Of a stretch of 64,000 bases of DNA, positions 1 through 11,420 are shown piece after piece. The notes beneath the pieces are model-generated. The model saw only the letters and a program-made list of their open reading frames with translations. It searched no databases and was not told where the DNA came from. This DNA comes from Mobula hypostoma. Lineage: Eukaryota. A program made the translations under genes and the position numbers. Within the stretch, counting starts at the first letter, position 1. Every line of letters starts with the position of its first letter. The DNA is taken from positions 111,106,001 through 111,170,000 of the forward strand of contig NC_086107.1 of NCBI RefSeq assembly GCF_963921235.1, read 5' to 3'.

Positions 1-156
1 TACGTACAGACTGCGCGGGAGTCGATCCCTGATCTCACACAGCCGATGCTGTAAAGACATGCGCTGTCCTCTACGCTACCATGCTGACCATCGCTTGTTT
101 TCCTGGCGGATGCCCAATGACCTGCTTCATGCCCCTGGCGTTCCAATAGATGCCGC

Positions 157-445
157 TGGGGCGTCAGGGTGGCGTGGCGGGTTGGCGTTATCGCTCTACA
201 GCGCGCCAGCTGTAAGATCAGGGTCCCGCCACTGTCTGTAAGGAGTTTCTCCTCGTGACCTTTTGAGGCTCATCCCACGTTCCAAAGGCGTGTGGGTTAG
301 GGTGAGTAAGTCATGCGGTTGGGGCCCTGGAGTCGTGGCATCACCTGCGGGCTTCCCTCACGCCAATCCTCGCTGATTTGTTAGGACGCAAACTGCATGC
401 TTCGATGTTTCGATGAACATGTGACATATAAAGCTAACTGTTAGT
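157..445 (+). mobile_element. tRNA-derived SINE (V-SINE/HE1-like), degraded
   Basis: tRNA-like head followed by gtaaggagttt...cccacgttccaaag core; a second SINE head lies on the - strand at 1-95. Confidence 0.6.
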
Positions 446-502
446 CGTCAGCTCCCTGCGCTCTGAGTAACCTGCTGTCTTATTACCCCCCTGTGCTTCC
501 AG

Positions 503-741
503 GAGACATGGAGGAGCTGGAAGCCCTCTGGCTGACCGGCATCTGTCACAACGAGAAGAACGAGGTGATGAGCAGCCAGCTGGATGTCGATAACATGGCG
601 GGCGTGTTCTACATGCTGGGGGCTGCTATGACACTGAGCCTCCTCACCTTCATCTGCGAGCATCTCTTCTACTGGCAGCTACGACATTGCTTCATTGGCA
701 CCTGCACGGGCAAACCCGGCCTCCTGTTCTCCGTCAGCAGG
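503..741 (+). CDS. grin2b: GluN2B penultimate coding exon (end of S2 ligand-binding lobe, M4 helix, juxtamembrane Cys cluster)
   Basis: Translates (G)[63 protein letters not shown]...FSVSR, as in GluN2B. Acceptor cttccag at 501-502, donor AGG|gtaagg at 742; 239 nt, phase 1 in and phase 0 out. Confidence 0.97.
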
Positions 742-905
742 GTAAGGACACGCCCTTCCCTCCTTAAATAAAACTTCATATTTAACATTTAACCTGGCCT
801 CCTGTTCTCCGTCAGCAGGGCAAGGCAACACCCTTACCTCTTCAAATTAAAATTTAAAATTTAAAATTTAACCTGGCCTCATGTTCTCAGTCAGCAGGGT
901 AAGGC
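712..905 (+). repeat. ~78-79 bp tandem repeat (about 2.5 copies) spanning the exon/intron boundary
   Basis: aacc(c/t)ggcctc(c/a)tgttctc(c/a)gtcagcaggg(t/c)aagg recurs at ~713, ~791 and ~870. Confidence 0.9.
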
Positions 906-964
906 TGAACCTTTTCATCTCTGCTTTCTGCATCTGCGATGATATTGGTGTCTGAAAGCACCCA

Positions 965-1290
965 CATAAGGTGTTAGAACATAGAACAGTACAGGCCCTT
1001 CAGCCCACAATGTTGTGCCGACCCTTTAACCCACTACTCACATACCCCTCCATTTTTCTTCCATCCATGTACCTATCAAAGTGCCTCTTAAATATGCCTA
1101 ATATATCTGACTCTACACCACCCCTGGCAACGCGTTCCATGCCCCTACCATTCTCTGTGTGAAAAAAACTACTTTTAACACACCCTCCCCATACTTTACT
1201 CCAAAGATCTTAAGAGTTATGCCTTCTCACTTTAGCTATTTTTACCCTGGGAAAAAGTCTGTGGCTGTCCACTCTACCTGTTTGTCTTAT
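965..1290 (-). mobile_element. CR1 LINE 3' fragment
   Basis: Reverse complement of the CR1 ORF2 end and 3' UTR (agaacatagaac tail, ggcccttcagccc). Confidence 0.75.
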
Positions 1291-1392
1291 CATTACTGTA
1301 GAAAAAATAGAGTTCAGTCCCTTGGCCATCACCTGGTAACCTTGTAACCAGTCCCTGATGAACTGGAATTAGTAACAGGTTTATTATCACTG

Positions 1393-2358
1393 TTTATTAT
1401 GCTTTCTCCGTAACTTCCGCCACCTCCAACGGGATCCCACCACTAAGCACGTCTTTCCCTCCCCCCCCCCTGCATTCCGCAGGGATCGCTCCCTACGCAA
1501 CTCCCTTGTCCATTCGTCCCCCCCATCCCTCCCCACTGATCTCCCTCCTGGCACTTATCCATGTAAGCGGAACAAGTGCTACACATGCCCTTACACTTCC
1601 TTCCTTACCACCATTCAGGGCCCCAAACAGTCCTTCCAGGCGAGGCAACACTTCACCTGTGAGTCGGCTGGGGTGATATACTGTGTCCGGTGCTCCCGAT
1701 GTGGCCTTTTATATATTGGTGAGACCCGACGCAGACTGGGAGACCGCTTTGTTGAACACCTGCGCTCTGTCCGCCAGAGAAAGCAGGATCTCCCAGTGGC
1801 CACACATTTTAATTCCACATCCCATTCCCATTCTGACATGTCTATCCACGGCCTCCTCTACTGTAAAGATGAAGCCACACTCAGGTTGGAGGAACAACAC
1901 CTTATATTCCGTCTGGGTAGCCTCCAACCTGATGGCATGAACATCGACTTCTCTAACTTCCGCTAATGCCCCACCTCCCCCTCGTACCCCATCTGTTACT
2001 TATTTTTATACACACATTCTTTCTCTCACTCTCCTTTTTCTCCCTCTGTCCCTCTGACTATACCCCTTGCCCATCCTCTGGGTCCCCCCCCCTTGTCTTT
2101 CTTCCCGGACCTCCTGTCCCATGATCCTCTCATATCCCCTTTTGCCTATCACCTGTCCAGCTCTTGGTTCCATCCCTCCCCCTCCTGTCTTCTCCTATCA
2201 TTTTGGATCTTCCCCTCCCCCTCCAACTTTCAAATCTCATACTCACTCTTCCTTCAGTTAGTCCTGACGAAGGGTCTCAGCCTGAAACGTCGACTGTACC
2301 TCTTCCTATAGATGCTGCCTGGCCTGCTGCGTTCACCAGCAACTTTTATGTGTGTTGC
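1393..2358 (+). mobile_element. Penelope-like element (Neptune-type), 5'-truncated, with GIY-YIG endonuclease and terminal repeat
   Basis: GTYPCKRNKCYTCPY linker, then IYCVRCSRCGLLYIGETRRRLGDRFVEH...PDGMN (ORF 1673-1966). 12-bp TSD ttattatcactg at 1381-1392 and 2359-2370. Confidence 0.9.
2259..2296 (+). ncRNA. Minimal type I hammerhead ribozyme motif in Penelope terminal repeat
   Basis: tagtc-CTGACGA-agggtctcagcct-GAAA-CGTC-gactg: stem I, conserved core, stem II and palindromic ACGT in place of stem III. Confidence 0.75.
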
Positions 2359-2370
2359 TTATTATCACTG

Positions 2371-2590
2371 GCATGTGTTGTGAACTTTGATATTTTGTAG
2401 CAGAAGTACTAGGCAAGACATAAAAAACTATTAAGTTATGTAAAAAGTAGTGCAAAAGAGAAATAGTGAGATACTGTTCATGGGTTCATAGACTGTTCAG
2501 AAATTTTGCGGCAGAGGGGAAGATGCTGTTCCTAAAATATTATGTGTGGGTCTTCAGGCTCCTGTACCTCCTCCCTGATGGTAATTAGCC
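2371..2590 (-). mobile_element. L2/Rex-like LINE 3' end (host of the Penelope insertion)
   Basis: gttcaga...gcagaggggaag..gctgttcct...ctcctgtacctcctccctgatgg motif, seen again at 37740-37860 and 46250-46345. Confidence 0.55.
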
Positions 2591-3254
2591 AGTTGTTGGA
2601 TCTGATTGGCCAACTTATCCTCACGAATGGGGTTGGCCTTGGCTGCAATTCTGGTGGGAAGGTAGCTAACCAAGAATCAGTTCTTGGCTCCCAGTATCTT
2701 CTCCTCAAGGAGGGTGTCATGAAGGCAGGTTTCTAAATCGATCGCATTTTGCATGGAAAGTATTGGAATGTGGCTCCCTCTGGTGGCGCAGGATTCAAAC
2801 GCCTCATTTGGCCACACATTTACACAACTCCCATTCGGAAAGAATTCCCGGTTTGTGCCAGGGTCAGCCAGTTCTAGCTGGGCTCAACAGCCCGGGCAAG
2901 GGCCCATTTCCCACAGCTGACCTGGTCATTATCTCATTAATGTCAGTGGGACCCTGGCGTAGACAAGATCAGCTGCTACATTCAAATTTTACAACACTGT
3001 CAACCCCTTCAGAACTTTAGTGCCTTAGATCATTTTGGAACTGTACGAGATTTGGAGAGGTGTAATAGAAATAATTTGGTCTGCACTTCTATTAAAGGGG
3101 AAGTAAATTCTTGGAAGACTAAATGGCAGTACTCTGCCCCTGTCTCCCATGTTCTACGCTCCCCCACACCCACCCCTAGCCATTTAAGGTTGAGAGCCAT
3201 CTGGAACTTATAGTTCATAGTTTTTTCAAGTTTTTGTTCAATGTGACATGGCAG

Positions 3255-4216
3255 GACGTGTGGAGGTTGTTTCCAATAGTGGGGAGGTCTTGAACCAGAG
3301 GTCACAGCCTCACACTAGAGGGATGTCCTCTTAGAACAGAGATGAGGAGGAACTTCTTTAGCTGGGGGGGGGGTTTCACCTGCAGAATTCGTTGCCACAG
3401 ATGACTGTAGAGGCCAAGTCATGAGGTCATATTTGAGGGAGTCAGAGGTTACAGGGAGAAAGCAGGAGAATTGGGTTGAGAGGGTTAATAAATCAGGCAT
3501 ATTGGAATGGTGGAGCAGACTTCGATGGGTTAAATAGTCTAATTCTGCTCCTAAGTCTTATGGTCTTATAGACAGAGGAAGGAGCTCATTGGGAAATTCA
3601 TCCAACATCAGCCAATGGAACCTGTACTGCTTCATATCAGGAGGTGGAGTAGGTTTCATGGCTGCCTTTATGGGGTAAATAAGACCATGAGACCATAAGA
3701 TATAGGAGCAAAGTTAAGCCCTTTGGCCCATCGAGCCTGTGCCGCCATGTCATCGTGGCTGATCTATTTTCCCTCTCAGCCTCAATCTCCTGCCCTGACC
3801 AATCAAGAACCTATCAACCTCTGCCTTAAATACACCCAATGACTTGGCCTCCACAGCCGTCTGTGGCAAAGGTTTCCACAGATTCACCATCCTCTGGCTA
3901 AAGAAATTCCTCCTCATCTCTGTTCTAAAAGGACATCCCTCTATTCTGAGGCTGTGTCCTCTGGTCTTAGGCTCCCCCACCATAGGAAACATCCTCAAAA
4001 AAAATCTATTCTTTTGAGGCCTTACAACATTCGATGGATCTCAATGCGATCTCCTGTCATTCTTCGGAATTCCAGTAAGTAGAGGCCCAGAGCCATTAAA
4101 CGCTCCTCGTATGACAAGCCTTTCAACCCCAGAATCATTTTCGTGAACCTCATTCGAACTCTCACCAATGTAAGCACATCCCTTTTTAGATAAGAAGCCC
4201 AAATCTGCTCACAAAT
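3255..4216. mobile_element. Two CR1 3' fragments in opposite orientation (3255-3570 +, 3683-4216 -)
   Basis: RMFPMVGEPKTRGHSLRIEGCPFRTEMRRNFFSQR-type peptide and CR1 3' UTR on both strands. Confidence 0.85.
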
Positions 4217-4360
4217 ATTGGGGAGGGAGACTGGTGCAGCGCTTCCTGCAATTCTTTGCGATTGTTACGTTGTGAAACCACCTCAGGTGGATTTCTTTGA
4301 AGGTCACAGTGTGCAAAACCTTGTCCTAACTCTGCCCTTGTTCCCCTGCTCTCTTTCCAG

Positions 4361-6124
4361 GGCATATACAGCTGCATTCATGGCGTGCCGATCGAGGATA
4401 AGCAGTCGTGCATGGACTCTCCCACTGCCACAGTGAACGACACCCATTCCAACATCATGCGGCTCCTGAGGACAGCCAAGAGCATGGCCAACCTCACCGG
4501 GGTCAACGGCACGCACTTTGGCTCGCCCCAGAGTGCGCTGGACTACATCGGCCATGACCCGTCTGTCTTCGACGTGTCCGAGCACCGGAGGAGCTTCACC
4601 CACTCGGACTGCAAGTCCTACCAGCCCGACGACAACCTGTTCAGCGACTACATCAGTGAAGTGGAGAGGACATTTGGGAACCTCCATGCGAAGGACACTA
4701 ACAGCATCTATCAAGACCACTACCATCACCACCGGCCACACAGCATCGCCAGCACCAGTTCCTTGGACATCCCCTACGAGTGCGACAACGCCATGTTTGG
4801 CACCCAGGGCAGGACGCTGCCCCGGAAACCCTTTGAGATCGGTCTGCCCCTGAAGCACGCCCAGGGCCACCTCAGCGACAGCTACGAGAACCACAAGTGG
4901 TTCAAGAACGACCGCTACCCCCACGACGATCTGATCCGCTCCGACGTCTCGGACATCTCCACCCACACGGTCACCTACGGCAACATCGGCAACACCAAGC
5001 GGCGCAAGCAGTACAAGGACAGCCTGAAGAAGCGGCCGGCCTCCGCCAAGTCCCGCAAGGAGTACGACGAGATCGAGCTGGCCTACCGGCGCCGGGCGCA
5101 CACCGCCGACCGCAAGGGCCGCTTCTTCAACAAGGACAAGTTGCGCGACCTCTACCACGACCAGTTCCGCTGTGCCAAGGAGAGCCAGCCCCGCTGGCAG
5201 CACGTCGACCTGACCGAGTTGTACCAGGGCGGCGGAGGAGGAGGCGGTGGAGGCGGGGTTGGCGGGGGCGGCGGTGACGACGACTTTGGCAAGCACGAGG
5301 TGCCGCGACTAGCCAGGCCTCACCACCTGCACCTGGCGGATTTCGGGCCCGGGCCCGTCCAGCCCCAGGCCGGCCTGTGGGACAAGGCGGACTGGGGCGG
5401 GCAGCAGGCCGAGGTCTACTGCCGCAACTGCCCGGCCAAGCTGCACAACTACGGCGGGCAGGGGGCGGGCAGGGGCGCCTGCCACTGGTGCGAGGCCTGC
5501 AAGAAGGCGGCCACGCTGTACGACATCAGCGAGGACAACTCGCTGCAGGAGGCCGAGCACTCGGGCAGCGGCCTCTCCAAGTACCAGAGCCCCAGCGACT
5601 CGGCCAAGCTGGCGAGGCGGGGCCGCAACAAGCTGCGACGGCAACACTCGTACGACACCTTCGTCGACCTGCAGAAGGAGGAGAACGTGGCGGTGGCGCC
5701 CCGCAGCGTCAGCCTCAAGGAGAAGGACCGCTTCCCCGAGGGCAGCCCCTACGCCCACATGTTCGAGACGACGACCGAGGCCCCGTTCGGTGGCAAGGCG
5801 CCGGCGCCCGAGCACCGCAGCCTGAGCCGCTACCCGCTCAGCAAGTCCCTCTACCCCGACCGCGTCACCCAGAACCCCTTCGTGCCCACCTTCGGCGATG
5901 ACCAGTGCCTGCTGCACGGCGCCAAGTTGCACTTCAAGCACCCGTCGGCTTCCAAAGGCCGGGCCCCGGCCTCCGCCGTGCTGGGCACCCGCTTCGCCAA
6001 GGACGTGTGCCTGGGCGGCCAGACAGCAGTGTGCATGGCCAACAATAAAACTGCCCGGCCCTTCAATGGCTCCAGCAACGGACACGTGTACGAGAAACTG
6101 TCCAGCATCGAGTCGGATGTCTGA
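4361..6124 (+). CDS. grin2b: GluN2B terminal exon, intracellular C-terminal domain (587 codons + TGA)
   Basis: Starts GIYSCIHGV. Contains [29 protein letters not shown], CxxC...CxxCEAC cluster, [25 protein letters not shown] (CaMKII site), [29 protein letters not shown] and the ESDV PDZ ligand. Confidence 0.98.
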   Translation, partial: GIYSCIHGVPIEDKQSCMDSPTATVNDTHSNIMRLLRTAKSMANLTGVNGTHFGSPQSALDYIGHDPSVFDVSEHRRSFTHSDCKSYQPDDNLFSDYISEVERTFGNLHAKDTNSIYQDHYHHHRPHSIASTSSLDIPYECDNAMFGTQGRTLPRKPFEIGLPLKHAQGHLSDSYENHKWFKNDRYPHDDLIRSDVSDISTHTVTYGNIGNTKRRKQYKDSLKKRPASAKSRKEYDEIELAYRRRAHTADRKGRFFNKDKLRDLYHDQFRCAKESQPRWQHVDLTELYQGGGGGGGGGGVGGGGGDDDFGKHEVPRLARPHHLHLADFGPGPVQPQAGLWDKADWGGQQAEVYCRNCPAKLHNYGGQGAGRGACHWCEACKKAATLYDISEDNSLQEAEHSGSGLSKYQSPSDSAKLARRGRNKLRRQHSYDTFVDLQKEENVAVAPRSVSLKEKDRFPEGSPYAHMFETTTEAPFGGKAPAPEHRSLSRYPLSKSLYPDRVTQNPFVPTFGDDQCLLHGAKLHFKHPSASKGRAPASAVLGTRFAKDVCLGGQTAVCMANNKTARPFNGSSNGHVYEKLSSIESDV

Positions 6125-6689
6125 GGCCTTGCACTGTTCGGGACCTCCTGCTCTGGATCGCGCGCCGGAGCTCCGGATCAGCGGCTCTTTTCTACTTTTT
6201 ACGTTTTTGGTCTTCATTGCAAAATATCAAATGGTCTTTGTTTCTCAGCAGCGTCATTATGGCGGCGAATTGGAACCCACGATGAACATTAAATCTGGTC
6301 CAATACAATATGGCAAAATTCTAACTGCATGTCAGCTGTATCGTTACATCGGGTGATGCATCTTTGTGTAGGGATATTCATTATTAATAGAGTACATATT
6401 CATATCAGTGCCCGTACTGTACAGTTTAAAACCTGTTTCAACCCACTCGCCACCGAAGACCCTTTTTGGCTTCATTCTGAATGTCTCGCGAGGGTTCTGG
6501 TAAACCCTCAGCTGCAGAATTTACCGCAGACGTGGAGATGGGTTGCAGCGATTAATCCTGGAACGACGGCGTGAATGTGTGCGGAGGTGTGCATTCGTGC
6601 ATGGGCGTGCGCGGGCATGCACCGTGACCATTTCCACCTGTGGCTTGTGTGCATCCTCGCACGTCCGCTCACAGATGTACGTGCTTGAG

Positions 6690-6812
6690 CGTGTATAGAT
6701 GCGCGCTTGCGTGTGTGCGTGCGTGCACGTGTGTGTGTGTGCGTGTGTGTGTGTGTGTGTGCGTGCGTGTGTGTGTGCGTGCGTGTAAGTGCATTCATGC
6801 ACGCGCGCGAGC
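6690..6812 (+). repeat. (TG/CG)n alternating purine-pyrimidine microsatellite
   Basis: gcgtgtgtgcgtgcgtgcacgtgtgtgtg...gcgcgcg. Confidence 0.9.
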
Positions 6813-7059
6813 GACTCCATGACAACAGTGTGCAGTGACGTTGTTGGGACTCGATAAAAATCTCGGGCACCGCGGCGACGGTGATATTAAGTTTTGAAGC
6901 AACCGCTGGTCTTGAAGTCCCAGCGGACTTATGAAGCGGTTTGTCTAAGTTAGGCAACTATTAAATGCAGGGGTTTGTGCTACAAGATTTTGTTATGATT
7001 TCAGTCCTAATCCTTACTCCCAAGTCCGGACATTTCCTGGCAGCACCAAGGAAAACACT

Positions 7060-7525
7060 GTGCCAGGTGAAGGTCTGGAATGAAAGGGTTAATGTTTTTA
7101 GGAAGGTTTGAAGGCTCTGGGGCTGTACTCACTGGAGTTTAGAAGAATGAGCGGGGTATCGCATTGAAGCCTACCAAATATTGAAAGGCCGAGACAGAGT
7201 GGATGTGGAGGTGATGTTTCCTACAGTTGGGAGAGTCTAAGACCCAAGGGCACAGACTCAGAGTACAAGGACGTCCCTTTAGAACAGAGATGAGGGAGAG
7301 TTTCTTTTGGTGGTGAATCTGTGGAATTCATTGACACAGACAGCTGTGGAGGCCAAGTCACTGGGTATATTTAAAGTGGAGGTTGATAGTTTCTTGATTA
7401 GCAAGGGCATCAAAGGTTATGGGGAGAAGGCATGAGAATGGGATTGAGAGGGATAGTAAATCAGCCATGATGGAATGATGGAGCAGATGGGCCGAATGGC
7501 CTAATTCTGCTCCTGTGTCTTCTGG
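7060..7525 (+). mobile_element. CR1 LINE 3' fragment
   Basis: ctgtactcactggagtttagaagaatgag...gggccgaatggcctaattctgctcct. Confidence 0.85.
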
Positions 7526-7980
7526 TGACTCAGTTATTTCCCGATGAAGTGACTACCATTGAATTACGCACAATTTCTACTTGCCTTGTATCTGCTGGTC
7601 ATTCCATGAAGGAACACTGCTAGCTATTAGCATGCAAGTGGCCTCCTTCCACTCCCTGGGTCTGGAATGTCATCTCACCGCTGCAGTGCCTCATCCTAAG
7701 TAACTTCATTGCAATGAAACGATGACTCGATATTGCACTATAGCCTAGCGTTTCTGATCAGGAATTTAACAGCGTGTAACAGCGCTGATGACACAGCAGT
7801 GACACCGGTAACGAACGGGGGGAAGCGACCTTGAACTATCTCCCCCATTTTCCTCCCCCCTAGAACAGGGCGCCCAATAAACACCGAAACTGTGAGACAG
7901 TCACCATTAGCTGAGGCGTGTCTTTCCCTTGGTTATGGGTGTTGTGTCACTGCCAGCTGTGGCACACATCTTAGTGTAAA

Positions 7981-8746
7981 CCAGTCGATTCGCTTTATCA
8001 GGTCTGGCACATTTTGCCTCAAATAAGTGGCTTCCCCAATTAGCCGAAGATTCATGGAAATAGTTTTAAAAGTATAAAGAAGACAAATTGTGTATTTAAG
8101 TGAAATACAGAACAAATTAGAACACTACCAATAGTACTGCAGTGCTATTAAAGTGTGTATTAGTTCCTAATAGTTATCGACAGAGGAATTCATCCAGTGC
8201 TGAATAAAATCACCGCAGGCACCCAGTGTAGATAATGGACTATCTTCATAGAATGCTATCAATGGTTGCATCCTCCAAATCTTCATTTTCATTGTCACAT
8301 TCAAGATGATTGTCGATACATTTAAATCCTTCTTTGTTCCTAATTTGTTGAAGTTGTGAAATCATTTCGTTTTCACTCTTGGCTGTTTCTGGCATCTCCA
8401 AGCCCCAATGCTTGAGCAAAACAGTTCTGAATTGTCTTGCTGCTTATTTCTCGCCAACTATCAGTGACAAAAACCACTGCTGTTTGAGCACAATCACATG
8501 CAACTGACGCTATTTTAAAACTGTTTGCTCCTGGCACGGTGTAACGGCCATTACGCAAACACCACCACTGGCGCTAGTGAGAACCAGTTCAGCAAGAGTC
8601 AGCTGCCCCGAATAGGCGGCATAGTGTCCCAAATAAACAATGGGAGCCCCGGCAGTTTTCTCGATTGGTATTTGCTGTTTAATAGTTGTCCCAAATAAGC
8701 ACCTTACCTGATTAATTGATGGCCCAGTTAAATGGAATCCATTGTA
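7981..8746 (-). mobile_element. Tigger/pogo-like DNA transposon remnant
   Basis: Minus-strand AVVFVTDSWREISSKTIQNCFA resembles the pogo/CENP-B transposase C-terminus; TIR-like ggcccagttaaatggaatccattgta ends in TA at ~8746. Confidence 0.65.
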
Positions 8747-9089
8747 TAGGATCTTAGGCCATTGAAGAAATGATAAAGATTGGGATGAAACTTTGACCTG
8801 GGCTTGGGCTTATCAGTAGCCCACATCATTCTTATGTTGATTGTAAAGTCCTCTAGGCTTCTGGAAACCAGTCAGGGACCTCTACCTGTTACAATGGAAA
8901 ACCTGTCCTGGATACTTCTCATACAGATCAGATCCTTACACAATGGATTGAGGTAGAACAAGGTAAAGCAATAACAGGATGTAGAATACACTGTTACAAA
9001 GAAAGTGCAGTGCAGGTGGACAATAAGGTCCAAGGCCATGGTCAGGTAGATTGTGAGATCAATAGCCCAAGGTTTAGTGTTTGTACACT

Positions 9090-9228
9090 AACACAAGAAG
9101 ATCTGCAGATGCTGGAAATCTGGAGCAACACACACACAAAATTCTGGAGGAACTCAGCAGGTCGGGCAGCATCTATGGAAAGGGCTAAACAGCCCAACGT
9201 TTCAACCGAGACCCTTCATCAGGACTGC
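9090..9228 (-). mobile_element. Penelope terminal-repeat fragment with hammerhead motif (antisense to grin2b)
   Basis: Minus strand reads cagtc CTGATGA agggtctcggtt GAAA cgtt gggctg. Confidence 0.7.
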
Positions 9229-10261
9229 ACTGCCTCACTGTTCAACCCAGACCACGTAAAGTTTGCACGCTGTTCCTGTCGCTCCCTAGCTGCTCACGGT
9301 TACTCCCACATCCCAAAGGTGGACTGGTAGAAGAAGTGGGTTCTGCAGACTACCCCGGGCTTCTGTTTGCGGTTAAAAACAGAAGATGAAAGGGGAGGTG
9401 AGGGATTTGTGTGATGGAATATGTCACAGGGCTGGCGTTCAGGTTGCCGCACTATAGGAAGGATGTCATTAAGCTAGCGAGGGTACGGAAAAGATTCACC
9501 AGGATGTTGCCCAGCACTTTGTGTGTGTTCCTTTGTGTTTGTGCACTGCAGGGAGAGTCTCTGTTCATGCTGAAATTTTACTTCCTGGCCTTTACTTGGC
9601 ATGATCGAGTGCCAGATGCTTTTTTGTTCTTTAAGTTTAATTGTCACTCAACCATACATTACTACAGCCAAATGAAACAGCTTTCCTCCGGAGCCAAGAT
9701 GCAAAACACAGTACCAACAGTCACACGCAAGCACATCTTTGGTTGGCCTCATAGAAGCCGTTAAGTCCAGGCATGCCTCCATTTTTTAAATATATTCCGC
9801 TTGCACTTTATAAACAGAAATGCAAATCTGTGTTTAATCTTATGAAAATTTAAATGCAAAGATGTCAGACACAAATAATATACAAACTTTAAAAGAATCG
9901 ACCCATCTACCATCACTGCTGAATGATTGGGTAAAATGTTATCCTTTATTAAATATTTCTATCTTACTTTAGTACTTTAACATGTCCTGAAGACGCCCAA
10001 AAACTGGACTATCTATTCACTTCCATAGATTCTGCATGACCTGCTGAGTTCCTCCGGGATTTTCTGTGTGTAACTTTAACAGGTGTTTGCACCCAGCAAG
10101 ATGTTGGCTGAATGATCCTTCTGGGCCTGTAGACAACTTCCTCATCACTTGCAGTTGATAGAGGCCCTTCCTTCCCCTTGCCAGTTGGCAACAGAACCTA
10201 CCAGAGATCAAGCTGCTTGCATTTGGCCAAAGACGCCTGTTAACCAAGCAAGTTAAAGGGA

Positions 10262-10735
10262 AAGGTTGAAGAGGTTAGGACATTTTTCCCAGGATTGCAA
10301 TGGAATGAAAGGAGATTTGATAGACACAAAGTTATGAGCCAGTATAGATATAGTCAATGCAAGCAGGTTTTTTCCACTGAGGTTGGGTGAGACTAAAACT
10401 AGAGGTCATGGGTCAAAGGTAAAAGGTGAAATACTTAAGGGAAGGCTAAGGGGAAACTTAGTAGTGCAAATGTGGAATCAGCTGCCAGTGGAAGTGGTGG
10501 AAATAGATTCAATTTCAACACTTAAGAGACCTTTGGACAAGTACTTGCGTGGGAGGGATATGGAGGTCGATGGTCCATGCGACAGCAGAATAATAGTTTG
10601 GCACGGACTAATGCGAGGGGTAAGGAGGGCTATGGTCCAATTGCAGGCCCACAAGGGACTAGGAACAAACAGTTTGGCACAGACTAGATGGGCCAAAGGG
10701 TCTGTTTCTGTGCTGTAGTGCTCCATGACTCTGTA
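10262..10735 (+). mobile_element. CR1 LINE 3' fragment
   Basis: ETKTRGHG.KVKGE...WNQLP peptide and gggccaaagggtctgtttctgtgctgtag tail. Confidence 0.8.
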
Positions 10736-11149
10736 AGTACTGACTCAGTTTCATGGTGGATTAGGTGGTCCTTGGCTTTGTTCAGAAGTAACAGATGCAT
10801 AGGGGATAGTATGTGATAGCCCAAATATTATAGACATCAGCTTGTTGTAATCATTGGATGAGTGCTTTTCAAAATTAGTTGGAAAAGTAGTTGCATATAA
10901 CAAAAGTTTTCAATAAATTGACCACAGTAGCACTGATAGATTTTGGTATATTGATTTCTACGGTGTTAGAGAAGGGGGACTGCTGGTTATGGTTGAAGGG
11001 TGGTATTTATCTATCCCTGATTAGAAACAAGTTCCCATTGACTGCTGCAGTGTTAGGGAGAGGGGACTGCTGGTTACGGCTGACCAGTGCATTTACCCAA
11101 TCTTGGATTAAAAAACAAAGTTTCTGTTCATTTTAGGAAGATTTTATTT

Positions 11150-11420
11150 TACTTATTTAGAGATTCGGCGCAGAATAGGCCCTTCCGGTCCGTTGAACCG
11201 CACCATCCCGCAACCCCCCCCCATTTAGGAAAGTTTACAATGACCAATTAACCTACTAACTGGCATGTTTTCGGACTGCTGGGAGGAAACCAGAGCACCC
11301 AGAGGAAACCCACCCGTTCCACGGGGAGAACGTACCCGAGACTCCTTACTCTGGGATTGAACCCCAAACTCTGACCCCTCAAGAGTAATAGCGTTGTGCT
11401 AACTGCTACCGTGGTGCCAG
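11150..11420 (-). mobile_element. V-SINE/HE1-like SINE
   Basis: gggaggaaaccagagcacccagaggaaaccca is the reverse complement of the V-domain core; CR1-like 3' tail. Confidence 0.8.

Larger units (their letters stand above)
742..4360 (+). other. grin2b: Last intron of grin2b (GT-AG)
   Basis: gtaagg donor; branch-point-like cctaac at ~4325-4330; pyrimidine tract and ctctttccag acceptor ending 4360; joins SVSR to GIYSCIHG in frame. Confidence 0.95.

Noticed and set aside
493..771. 92-aa ORF as a standalone gene; 4385 as the start of the 579-aa ORF
   Set aside because: Both are exons with non-ATG ORF-caller starts; splice sites define 503-741 and 4361-6124.
4304..6217. Long antisense ORFs (330 aa, 302 aa) and alternate-frame ORFs over the terminal exon
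   Set aside because: Shadows of extreme GC3 codon usage in grin2b; no independent protein features.
6508..6957. His/Thr-rich 149-aa ORF
   Set aside because: Translation of the (CA)n/(TG)n microsatellite.
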